Under the pieces are notes generated by a model. That model had not been told where the DNA came from. It ran no database searches and was given only the letters and a program-made list of their open reading frames with translations. Shown piece after piece: positions 38,262 through 50,470 of a stretch of 64,000 nucleotides of DNA (position 1 is the first letter of the stretch; every line of letters starts with the position of its first letter). The stretch covers positions 50,530,001-50,594,000 of the forward strand of contig OZ336880.1 in the NCBI GenBank assembly GCA_965287045.1, read 5' to 3'. Position numbers and translations under genes: made by a program. This stretch comes from Carcharhinus amblyrhynchos. Taxonomy: Eukaryota.

Positions 38262-40375
38262 TGTGAAGAAATATATTTTTAAATATTTTCCACTATCACT
38301 GCGGTATACTGAGAAGCGTGTTTGTGCGTGAGGTTAGGTGTGAAAAACTTAATTAAACTGAAGAAAGTAGACTCCAATCTTCAGACCATCAAGAAGGGCT
38401 TAGGTATGAAAACAAGCAGTTTGAATTGGGGGTGAGCAGAGCTAATCTGGAGTACCAGTGGGCAGCATAAATGAGAATCCACATTAGGAAGATAAGAGAA
38501 ATGACTTGAAGCTAACTTGTATTTCAAAGGAACGTGTACAATTGGCAACAATCATAAATGGATGAGGCAAAGCAGTAAGATTACTTTTACCCAAAAACAC
38601 AGTCACGATAAAATAACATGAAAGCCTGTAAATTCAGAGAAAGGGAGTTTTTAAAAGAATGTAAAACAATAAGATTAAAGATGAAAGAGAAAAACATAAT
38701 GAAGAGAAAGTGAACACTGACACCCTGTCAGTGTCAACCTGGCACTCTGGCACTGCCCACTGGCTATCCTGGCTCCTGAGGGGTTGGGGCCTATGGGATG
38801 AAGCCTTGTATGGTTATGAGATCCTAAACCAGTTTGTGCTAGAAACAGACCTATGAAGAAGCAGCTGTCGTCACCCTCAGAGTTCAGTCTTTCGTGGCAA
38901 GTTTACCACTCCGCCCAATGGGGCAAGCGCGTAAAATTGCACAGGAGACAAGAAATCAAGTTCATGCCCGATTTTGCACGTCTCACGATCTTACAGACAC
39001 CAGATAGCTACCACATTCAACCTCCCGCCCATTTCCGGTGAAAAGTTGAATATATCATTTAAATATATTTAAATCTTTATTTGAATAGAATTCATGAGCC
39101 CAAGATGGAATCGTCTGGTCTCACTTCTTTCTGTGGCCTTACCTTGGAAGATTCTCTCCAGTGAGGATCATGTATGGTCCCCACGAATGGGGACCAGTCG
39201 TGATGGCCTCGCCCATAGAACCAGAGGTCAATGAGGCCCCCTCGAGGCGGTTGAGGGTCACAGGGGTGCCCCTTGAGCAGTGCCAGCCTGTAAGAGGCTG
39301 GGCAGGGCCTGAAGGGGGTGGAGCCAAGCTGGAGCAGGGCTTGAAGGGAGCAGGCCGATCTGATTGGGAAAGGTCCCCCTGCCACTCTGCATTGTGATTG
39401 GTGAGAGGGTTGGGTGGCCCCACTGTCACTCTGCATCATGATTGGTGCAGGGGAGGGTGGGGTCTGTATCGTGATTGGTAGCGAGCGGGGGAGAGGATCG
39501 GTCTGGGCAGTGAGGGAGTGTGGTGGGTGGGGACAATTGGCCTGGGCAACAGGGGGGCAAGGAGATATTTCTAGGTGGGGTAGTACACATGAACGGCAGC
39601 AGAGTCTCAGGATAGCTAAGTCGGGTTCATTGAGGTCAGCAAAGGCCTGACAGGTCTCTCTCTCAGGCCTGTCAGCTCTCTGCTGGCTGCCATTGCACTT
39701 GTGCATCCACAGATCTGCACATGCACAATGGCTCCCTCTGCTGCTGCAGCAGCCTTCCTGGTGAGTTAAACCCTTTCCTTCTCGTGGCTGGAAATGATCT
39801 AGTCCACTTTTTCCTTCTATAAATGCATAAGATATGCAATTTGGACTTTCAAAAATGGATCTGAAGCCCCCATTTTTACGTTAGCTGGGCACTAAGAATT
39901 ATTCTCATAAAATCATACCCTTTGTGTCTGCAAGGATTTGGAGACAAGACTTGGTTCCCCAGAATCAAATGAAATGAGAAAGAAAAGTCTGTGACTAACT
40001 CTCCCTTTAGCAAAGGTATATGTGCAATAATATTACTGGAATTTTTATAGATTAAAATTTATGAGGATTGTTGCCTAAAAGGGATGTTTAGCTCTGAGCT
40101 AATTGAGCAGAATTTTTGGAGAAATGTTTGTAGCAGCACTGTTAACTGTATAAATGTAATCATGTGTTTTCCTATTTTTTCTCTCTATTTTTAAATGTTT
40201 AAATTCAGTTTTTAAATTGAGTTTTTAAAATCATCCCAAATGGTTTGAAATTCTTTCTCCTGTCTTCAGATACCTTCTCATAAAATACAAATTATAAATT
40301 GTTGTGACAATCTGTTCAAGTTTCCCTTTGAGATTTGGAGAGCCTGGCACTGAGTATCTGTCATATGATAGAACA
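38262..40375 (+). mobile_element. Possible solo LTR (TG...CA) interrupted by nested GC-rich non-autonomous elements (~38720-39920)
   Basis: Starts TGTGAAGAAATATATT and ends in a U5-like stretch ...TCATATGATAGAACA. No convincing TSD. Confidence 0.3.
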
Positions 40376-41165
40376 CAGACCCTTCTCTCTTCATCTTCAG
40401 TTGTGGGGTCAGTTACATGCAAGGTAACTGTTTGGTGGGGTTGGTGGAGGGGGTTGCTCACAATGCCTTCAGAAGGACACTGAAAGAAAGCAGTAGACAA
40501 TATACAATGAAGATAAATATTTTTGCAGACATTCAATTAGTTATAATTATTGTGTTCATGCCTACAACAAGTTGTGAACTAAACTTTTCTTTAGGCCTTC
40601 TGCTCCTTCTAGCTGCTGGCTGACATCTACAGCAGGGATGGAGGCAGCCTGCAGAGTTATTTGCACTCTTGTCTTTGATAACTTCAGATGTCACCCTCTT
40701 TGAAGACTTCACACACTGCTGCGCGATGTTCCTGGCCTCTTGCTGTCTATCCACCATGAGTTGGAAGTGGCTCAGTAACTGACTCGGACCTAGCAGGAAG
40801 GAGGCTGTTCCTAAGCCCCAGAGACCTGGGCTGTCACGGCCTTCGACTGTGACAGGGACTTGTCAATGAGGTCTTCTCCAGAAAGGGAGCTTAAAACTAA
40901 TATAGAGCTGTTTCCCACCAAAGTGTGTGTTTCTGTGTTGCTGGAGGGTGTGGATGAGCACTGTAATCATTCTTTATCATCTTCCTTCTCCCACGTGGTC
41001 TGGAAGTTTTAGTGGTATCCCCTGTGGGCCTTGAGATGCAGATGCCTAAAAGGTACAGATGGAATTTTAGTTGATTAACATGAGGAATATAACTTTGCAT
41101 GCCACTCACTGAGATTGTCAGGACATAATGAACTCAGGGTGGAGTAGTCCATACTAGGTTACACC

Positions 41166-42600
41166 GAAACATAGAAACTAGAAGCAGGAGTAGGCCATTC
41201 AGCCTTCTGAGCCTGCTCCACCATTCATTTTGATCATGGCTGGTCATTGAATTCAATATCCTGATTCCCCATTCCCCATATCCCTTGATCCCTTTAGCCC
41301 TACGAGCTATATCTAATTTCTTCTTGAAATCAGACAACATTTTGGCCTCAACTGCAGTCTGTGGTAGTAAATTCCACACATTTACCACACTCTGGGTGAA
41401 GAAATTTCTCCTCACCTCAGTTATAAAGGTTTACCTCATCCTCAAAGTATCAGCCCTGGTTCTGGATTCCCCCACCATTGGGAACATTCTTTCTGAATCC
41501 AGCCTGTCTAAGCCTGTTAAAATTTTATAAGTTTCTATGAGGTCATGTCTCATTCTTGTAAACTCCAATGAATATAATCCTAACTGACTTAGTCTTTCCT
41601 CATATGACAGACAGGAATCAGCCTGGGAAATCTTCGCTGTACTCGCTCTATAGCAAGGACATCCTTCCTCAGATAAGTTCACCAAATCGACACACATTAC
41701 TCCAGGTGTGGCCTCACCAATGCCATATACAATCAGTTCCCTCTTCAAAATCATTAATATATAATGTGAGTGCTAGCACAGATTCCTGTGGAACCCCATT
41801 AGTCACGGACTGCCAATCAGAAAAAGACCCATTAATGTCAACTCTTTGCTTCCTATCTGCTAACCAGCTTTCTATCCATCTCAAGAAATTGTCTCCAATT
41901 CTGTGTGCTTCAACTTTACATAATAATCTGTTATGTGAGACTTGTTGACCTTCTGAAAGTCTAAATAAACCACATCCACTGGTTTTCCTCAGTCAACTCT
42001 ATTAATTACATCCTCAAAAAATTCTAATAGATCCGTCAAGCATGATTTTCCTTTTGTAGATACATGCTGACATTGTCTGATTGAACCACTGCCTTCCAAA
42101 TGCCAAGTTATGAAACCCTTGATAATAGTCTCTTGCAGCTTCCCCAGTACTGACATTAAGCTCACTGCTCTATGGTTCCCTGTTTTCTCTCTACCTCCCT
42201 TTTTGAATAACGGACTTACTTTAGCTACCCTCCAATCTATTCCAGAGCCCAAAGAATTTTGGAAAATAACACCAGTGGATCTACTATTTCCAGGGCCACT
42301 TCCTTACGTACTCTGGGATGAAGATTATCAGGACCTGGAGATTTATCCACCTTCAATCCCATTAATTTCCCCAAAACCATTTCTCTATTAAAGCTGATTT
42401 CCTTCAGCTTCTCACTATAACATATTTTTCTCAGCACATCTGGTACATTATTCATGTCTCCTTTGAGAAGACTGAAGCAAAGTACAATTTTAATTTCTCA
42501 GCCATTTCTTTATTCCCCATTATAAATTCTCCGTTTCTGACAGTAAGGTGGGGCAATATTTGTTTTTGTTAATCTTTTTCTCTTTACATATCTAAAGATA
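41166..42600 (-). mobile_element. CR1-type LINE, 5'-truncated with internal deletions
   Basis: Reverse ORFs KSPGPDNLHPRV.KEVA.EIVDPL, WRVAKVSPLFKKGGREKTGN.R.VSL.S, LSYEERLSQLGLYSLEF, RRNFFTQSVVNVWN.LP. Confidence 0.92.
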
Positions 42601-43534
42601 CGTTGCTGACATAATCCAAATTTTTGCTTCCCCACAGGAACGATCCTGCAATCCCTGCCCTCTCCAGTGATCCCAGCCACAATTCCTCGAACTCTGTGAG
42701 GACAATGATATCAGTCATGTAATTTAGGGAGCAGACAGACTACCATAGAATCATAGAGCCCTACAGTGCAGGAAGAGGCCCTTTGGTCCATTGAGTCTGC
42801 ACTATCTGCACCACTGAGTAAATAGAGAGAAATTATTTACACTGATTGGGGTGTCTAGGACTATGAGGCAGAGTCTTTGAGTTGTATTACTACTGTCTCA
42901 CAGTGCCAGAGACTAAGTTTAATTCTGCTCTTGGGTAGAGTGGAATCTCAAGTGGAAATGGTTAGATTTCAGCCCCAGAGCTACAGCCCTTGGGGCTGAA
43001 GGGATTCTATATGCAAGGGCTGTAGCTCTGGGCTGAAAACTTGTGTGCATAGGGGTGGGGTGGCCCTCTTGGGTGGACACGAGACCAGGAGGCACCATCA
43101 GACTGGCAACTCAGCAGCTTCAGTGTCACCACCACTAGCTGTGGCCATTGCTGCAGCTGGAGGAAGACAGAGTGGCAGACATCCTCAAAGTAAAGTAAGT
43201 GGAGGCATTGTGTTCTATCAGGTGAACCCCAAAGAGGGAAGGAGTGGGGTTGCTGGGAAAAGGCAGAGTCTTTGCTGCAGGGACAGCCATTGTCAGCACA
43301 GAGGCCTCTCCATGGGACACAGGATGCCCAAAACAGATGGCACACCCTCACCCCAACTGCAGGTACAGTGCCAGCAGAGGCAGGAAGTGATCCTTAAATG
43401 GCCAATTATTGGCTGGGCAAGGGGACTGTCAGGTCCCTTTGCAGTGGGAAGATAATGGGTGTGTGACTGCTACCTGCTCGCACCATCTTGTAATCTTACC
43501 CACCTCTCAGCCTGTCTCCAAAATTCAACATTAC

Positions 43535-43647
43535 AGGTGGGATTTTCCAGCTGAGTTCGCCCTGAAACCAGAAAATCCCGCCCAAGGTCAACAGACCTTT
43601 CCATGGTCCACCCCTCACCCACTACAATTCCTGGGAAAATTCACCCT
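43535..43647. mobile_element. ~110-130-bp MITE (related copies at ~48665-48770 and ~52110-52232)
   Basis: All three share AAATCC(C/T)GCCCAAGGTCAA.GGACCTT..CATGGTCC.CCCCT. The 43535 copy has imperfect TIRs GGTGGGATTTTCC / GGAAAATTCACC, Harbinger-like. Confidence 0.65.
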
Positions 43648-43939
43648 TTCAAATTAAAGTGGTAAAATTTGGAAACATTTCTTCACACAAAGGGTGGTTT
43701 AGATTTGGAAACTACAAGTGATGCTAGACTAAATATTAATTCCAAAACTGAGACTGATAAATATTTATTGACCAAAGATATGAAGAGATACAGAGGAAAA
43801 GGTGGTATAGATGTATGGCATTAGGTCACAGATCAGCCATGTTCTCAATGCATGGTAGAATGTTTAAGGGGTTAAGTGGCCTACTCTTAGGTTTCTAACA
43901 TTTCGGGGCAGCAATCCAGAAAGAAAACACAACAGGTCA

Positions 43940-44660
43940 GTAGGTGAGTTGCAGCAGAACATTCAACCTCCGACCTGTTTTTGTAACCACAGTATTTAAA
44001 TGCCTGGTTCACCTATTGATTCCCAAAGGCTTTGTACATCTACAAAGTACACATCAGGTGTGTGTTGGAACACTCCACTTGTCTGGATGAATACAGTTCT
44101 AACAATTATAAGACCTGTTGTGTTTTCTTTCTGGTCAATGGTAATGCCTCAGATGTTGATGTTGGGGATTAAGTGATGGTAATGCCATTGAATCTCAAGT
44201 GGAAATGGTTAGATTTTACCTTGTTGAAAGTGGTCATTGCTTGGTACTCAGATGGTGCAAACATTATTTGCCACTTATCAGTCAAAGTCTGGATGTTATC
44301 TAGGTCTCACTGCCTGTAGGCACGGACTGCTTCATGATCTGAAGAGTTACAAATGGTTCAATCATTCCCACTCCTCACATTATTATGAAGCAGCATTGAT
44401 GGTTGAGCCTCAGGAATTCCTGCAATGATATCATCAAGCTGAAGTGATTGTCTTCCAATTACCACAACAATCTTCCTCAATTTTGCCAGGATTCCTTGAT
44501 GACACATTTGATCAAACACTGCCTTGACATCAAAGGTGACTACTCTCACTTCACCTTGATAACTGAACTGTTTTGTTCATGTTTGGGCCAAGGCTTTGAT
44601 GATGTTTGGAACCAAGTGGCCTTGGCAGCACACAAGCTAAGCACTAATGAACTGACTATT
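43940..44660 (-). mobile_element. Rearranged fragment of the tRNA-headed LINE family
   Basis: Reverse ORF MRVVTFDVKAVFDQMCHQGILAKL. An internal block (~44010-44110) lies in the opposite orientation. Confidence 0.7.
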
Positions 44661-44797
44661 ACTATGTTAGTGTTGCCTGTGTGGAGAAGAGGGAAGGGCA
44701 ACATTTGTGACTGTGAGGCATGTGTGCAAGGCAGCAATAGGATCAGAGAATGGATTGTTCAGATGAGGAAATGAGGATGTGCATGGAGAGAGGAATA

Positions 44798-47793
44798 AGC
44801 GATGACTTTGTGGTATTATTGCTAGACTATTAATCCACAAACTCAGCTAATGTTCTGGGGACCTGAGTTTGAATCCCACCACAGTAAATAGTGGAACTTA
44901 AATTCAATAAAAAAACTAAAATTAATAATCTACTGATGACCATGATACCATTGTCGATTGTCGGAAAAACCTATCTGGTTCACTAATGCCCTTTAAGGAA
45001 GGAAATCTGCCATCTTTACCTGGTCTGGCCTACATGTAACTCCAGAGCCACAGCAATGTGGTTGACTCTTGACTGCCCTCTGAAATGGCCTAGCAAGACA
45101 CTCAGTGTATCAATCACTACAAAGTCTCAGCAAAGAAATGAAACCTACGAACCACCTAGCATTGACCTAGGCACCAGAAAAGGCAATGGCAAAACAAACA
45201 GCCCTGTTAACCGGGCAAAGTCCTCTTAACACCTGGGGCCTAGTGCCAAAATTGGGAGAGCTGTCTCAAAGACTCGCCAAGCAGCAGCCTGACATAGTCA
45301 TTCTCACGGAATCATACCTAACAGATAACACCCCGGACGCCATCATTACCATCCCTGGATATGTCCTGTCCCACCAGCAGGACAGATCCAGCAGAGGTGG
45401 CGGCACAGGGGTATACAGTCGGAAGGGAATTGTACAGGGAGTCCTTAACATCGACTCCAGGCCCCATGAAGTCTCACAGCTTCAGGTTAAACATGGGCAA
45501 GGAAACCTTTTACGTACTGTCCTGCTTCGGCTAATGAATCAATATTCCTCCATGTTGAAAAACACTGGGAAGAAGTGCTGAGGTGGCAAGGGTGCAAAAT
45601 GTACTCTGGGTGGGGATTTCAATGTCCACCACCAAGAGTGGTTCAGTGGCAGCACTACTGATTGAACTGGTCGGGCCCTAAAGGATATAACTGCTAGACT
45701 GGGTCTGCAGCAGGTGGTGAAGGAACCAACAAGAGGGAAAAACATACATACCAGTCTGCTGGCTGCAGATGCATCTGTCCATGACAGTATCAGTAAGAGT
45801 GACCACTGCACAGTCCTTGTGGAGGCCAAGTCCTGCCTTCACATTGAGAATAACCTCTATTGTATTGTGTGGCACTATCACCATGCTAAATTGGACAGAC
45901 TTTGAACTGGTCTAGCAACTCAAGACTGGGCATCCATGAGGCGCTGTGGCCCTCCAACAGCAGCGGAACTGTGCCCTGGCACAATCTGCAGCATCATGGC
46001 CTAGCATATGTCCCACTCAACCATTACCACCAAGCCAGGGGATCAACCCTGGTTCAATGAAGAGTGCAGGAAGGTATACTGGGAGCAGTATCAGGCATAT
46101 CTAAAAATGAGGTGCAAACCTGGTGAAGCTACAAAACAGGACGGCATAAACAGCAAGCAATAGGCAGAGCTAAGCAATCCCACAACAAACAGATCAGATC
46201 TAAGCTCTGCAATCCTGCCACATCCAGTCGAGAATGGTGGTGGACAATTAAACAATTCACTGGAGGAGGCGGCTCCACAAATATCCCCATCCTCAATGAT
46301 GGAGGAGCCCAGCACATCAGTGTAAAAGATAAGGCTGAAACATTCGCAGCAATTGTCAGTCAGAAGTGCGAACTGGATGATCCATCTTGGCCTCCTCCAG
46401 TGGTCCCCAGTATCTCAGGTGCCAGTTCAATTAACCCCATGTAATATCAAGAAACAGCTGGAGGCACTGGATATTCCAAAGGCAATGGAACCTGTTAACA
46501 TTTGGGCAATAGTACTGAAGACTTGTGCTCCAGAACTTGTCGCTCCCCTAGCCAAGCTCTTCCAATACAGTTACAAATCTGACAATGTGGAAAATTGCCC
46601 AGGTATGTCCCGTACACATAAAGCAGGACAAATCCAACCTGTCCAATTACCATCCAATCAGTCTACTCTCGATCATCAGTAAAGTGATGGAAGGGGGTCA
46701 CCAACAATGCTATTAAGAAGCATCTGCTCAACAATAATCTGCTCAGTGATACCCAGTTTGGGAGTTTGGATTTTGACAGGGTCACTCAGCACCTGACCTT
46801 ATTATAGCCTTGGTTCACATGAGGACAAAAGTGCTGAATTCCAGAGGTGAGGTGAGAGTGACAGCCCTTGACATTAATGCTGCATTTGACACTGTATAGC
46901 ATCAAGGAGCCCTTGCAAAACTGGAATCAATGTGAATCTGGGGGAACCCTTGCTGGTTGGAGTCATACGTAGCACAAGGAAGATGGTTGTGGTCATTGGA
47001 GGTCAATATCTGAATTCCAGCGTATCAATGCAGGAGGAGTTCCTCAGTGTAGTATCCCAAACCCAATCTTCAGCTGCTTCCTCAATGACTTCTCTTCCAT
47101 CATAAGGTCAGAAGTGGGGATTTCATTGCTGATTACGCAATGTTCATCATCATTTACAATTCCTCAGATACTGAAGCAGTCTATGTTCAAATGCAGCAAG
47201 ACCTGGACAATATCCAGGCTTGAGTTGACAAGTGGCAGGTAACATTAGTGCTATACAGGTGTCCAGACAATGACCATCTCCAACAAGAGAGAATCTAACT
47301 ATCATTTCTTGACATTCAATGGCATTACCATTGCTGAATCCCCCACTATCAACATCCTAGGGTTACCATTGACCAAAAATTGAACTGGACTAGCCATGCA
47401 AATACTGTGGCTATAAGAGTAGATCAATCCTGTGGCCAGTAACACACTTGGTGTCTCCCCAAATGCTGTCCATCATCTACAAGGCTCAAGGCAGGAATGT
47501 GATAAAATACTCTCCATTTGCCTGGATGCTTGCAGCTCCAAGTTTGAACCATCCAAGACAAAGCAGCCCACTTGATTCCTTCAAGTCACTCACCATCCTG
47601 ACTTGCAAATATAGCACCATTCCTTCACTGTTGCTGGATCAAAATCCTGGAGCTCCCACCCTAACAACACTGTGGATGTACCTATGCCTATGGGAGTGCG
47701 ACAGTTCACCATCACTTTCCCAAGGGCAACTAGGAATGGTCAATAAATGCTGGTCTAGCCAGCCGCACACACGCCCAATAAATGAATTTTTAA
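44798..47793 (+). mobile_element. Near full-length, decayed CR1-group non-LTR retrotransposon: tRNA-like 5' head plus one APE-RT ORF, no ORF1 seen
   Basis: APE motifs N.WGL, PDIVILTESYL, RGGG, GDFNVHH, SDH. RT motifs in decayed form: YHPISLLSIISKVME, VRVTALDINAAFD, GVPQ.S, FIADY. Confidence 0.88.
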
Positions 47794-48759
47794 TCGTCTG
47801 AGACAGTGACTAGGGGGGAAGATGGAATCAATGATGAGAATAAAAACCATGGAAATTAACTGGCAAACCCTTTTTGTTCACAATTCCAACAAAAAGGAAC
47901 ATTAAATATTAGTTTCCAGCCATGTATGTGACACTATCAAAACATTCGACACTTTGGTCACATTCTTTATTTACCAGGGTCCATGTGTGCTTTGATGCTG
48001 CAGTATCTGGTGTTGGCCACTTGAGGCCATCACTGAGCTGATAAAAGTGCAGCAGAAACTAAAATGACTGTTGCAGTGCCACGAGTACTTGCACTACTGA
48101 AGCCCCAATGACACAAGGTCAGTGTACGGAAGAGGATACTCGAGTACTGAATATTTCTGGATGCAAGATGTTGAGGAAAGAAAGAAGGAGGAGTAACAGT
48201 TAAGGAAAACCTTGCAGTACCAGAGAGAGAGGAGCTCTCAGATGGGACAAGGATAGATTCTGTTTGACTAGGGCTAAGAAACCACAGAGGCACCATTATA
48301 TTACTTGGCATATACCTTTATCTACCAACAAGTGGGAAAGGGGGAAATTAGGGAGAAGAGCAAGAATTAAGTGGGATAGTAAGAGTGTAAAGGGAAGAAA
48401 GAGGAGCAAATATTCCTAGAATGTGTTCAGGATCACTGTGTTCAATGAGAAGGAGGCACTGCTGGGCCTGGTACATGGAAGTAAAGTGGGACAAGTGGAT
48501 CAGGTATCAGCAGGGAAACATTTAGGGAAGAGTGATCATTGTATCATAAGTTTAGGCTGATGATGAAAAAGGATAGAACAATCCAGAGTAAGAATAATTA
48601 ATCAGGGGAAAGCCATCTTCAATGCATTAAGAATAGGCCTAGGTCAAATAAATTGGAATGGAGGATGGGCTTTCGCAGCTCATTCATCCCAAAACTGCAA
48701 AGTCCCACCCAAGGTCAATGGACCTTGCCATGGTCCGCCCCTAGCTTGCTCAATTCCTG

Positions 48760-49510
48760 AGTAGTGGCGAACTGTTGTGTTTTGAATTGGAGGAAGGTTC
48801 ATATAGTGTGGTTCCCCAGGGATTGGTGTTAGGACCCCTGATTTTCCTGATATATGTTAGTGACTTAAAGAGTTTAATATAGAGGACACAATTTCTAAAT
48901 TCCCACATAACAGAATTGTGAGGACAATAGTGCTATAAAACTTCAAAAAAAACACAAGTTAGTGAAATGGGTGGACAAATTTTGAAGTTTATTATTGAGA
49001 AGTGTGAAGTGATTCATTTCAGTGGGAAAATGCAGAAGAAAATATAAAAGACACAATTCTGAAGGAGGTGCAGAGAGGGACTTGAGGATATATGTGGTCA
49101 AAATATTGAAAGTGGCAGGGCAGATTGAGAGACAAATGAATGAAGCTAATAGGATCTGGGTTTTATAAATAAGGCATAGATTACAAAAGCAAGAAAGTGA
49201 TGATAAATTATATAAAATGTTGGTTCAGTCTCAGCTGGACTATTGCATCCAATTCTGGGCACCTCACTTTGGGAAGGATGTGAAGACATCAAAGGGAGTG
49301 AGGAAAAGATTCTCGAGAATGATTGCAGGGGTGAGGAACTTCAGTTATGTGGATATATTGGAGAAGCTCAGATTACTGCAAGTTGAGAGGAGATTAGATA
49401 GAGGTATTCAAAATCACAAAGTTGTCTGCACAGAATAGATTGAAAGAAACTGTTCCCATTGACGGAAAGTTGGAGACACAGAGGACACCAATGTAAGATT
49501 AATGATGGAA
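48760..49510 (+). mobile_element. CR1-type LINE fragment (old), followed by an inverted CR1 piece at ~49520-49900
   Basis: LVQSQLDYCIQFWAPHFGKD on +; KRVQERFTRAFLGIREFGY.VRLEKLG on -. Confidence 0.78.
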
Positions 49511-49924
49511 AAAGCAATATGTCCCAGTTTCTCCAGTCTAACCACATAACCGAACTCCCTTATCCCTAGAAACGCTCTTGTGAATCTTTCCTGCACTCTC
49601 TTTAATCCCTTCACATCTTTCCTAAAGCATCACTCGCAGAAATGGACAAAATATTCCACAGGAAGTCCAACTCATGTTTTGTAAAGGTTCAATGTTACCT
49701 TCTTGCTTTTGTACACTGTTTATAAAACCCAGATTCCATATGCCTTATTAACAACTTTCTCTTTAACAATTTGTGCACATATAACCCCAGGACCCTCTGC
49801 TCCTGCACCCTATGCAGAGTTGTCTCCTCTATTTTATATTGCCTCTCTTTGTTCTTCCTGCCAAAATGTATCACTTCACAATTCTCTGCTGCTTGCTATA
49901 TCAGTTCACCATCTTGCTCTCATT

Positions 49925-50470
49925 GTTCACATGCCCATCCTTGGCCTTCTGCAATGTTTCAGTGACAAAGTGGAGGAACAGCATCTCATCTTCTGATTAG
50001 GTACGTTACGGTCTTCTGGACTCAACATTGAGTTCAATAACTTCAGTCCTTCTCTCCTGCAGCCTGACCCCCTTTTTAAATCCAATTTTGTTGTCTCAGC
50101 ATCCCCCCTCCCTGACATAGCCATCTATCTCTTGTTATTAAGTCTTGCTTCCGCTAACCTTTGTTCTGCTATTAACACATTCTGCTATCATACCTTGATG
50201 CCACTCTGACAGCCTGCTTTAGCCTTTAATACTATCATTAACACCCCGCGCTCCCCCCCCCAGCCGTGTCCTTGCGCTCATGACATCTTTATCAAATCTC
50301 TCCTAACTCCCATCTATCCCTGACCTTCTATTTTGCCCCACTTAGTCCAAAACCTGTTAAAACATATAAAATCCATCATATTTCTCCCTCTCTTCAGCTC
50401 TGAAGAGGAGTCATACAGGCTCCAGGTGTTAATTCTGTTTCTCTCTCCACAGTTGCTGCCAGACTTTATA
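49925..50470 (+). mobile_element. Penelope-like element 3' fragment (GIY-YIG C-terminus plus terminal repeat with a decayed hammerhead)
   Basis: MPILGLLQCFSDKVEEQHLIF*LGTLRSSGLNIEFNNF; CTGAAGAG-GAGTC ATACA GGCTC at ~50400-50422 with the GAAA mutated. Confidence 0.7.
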
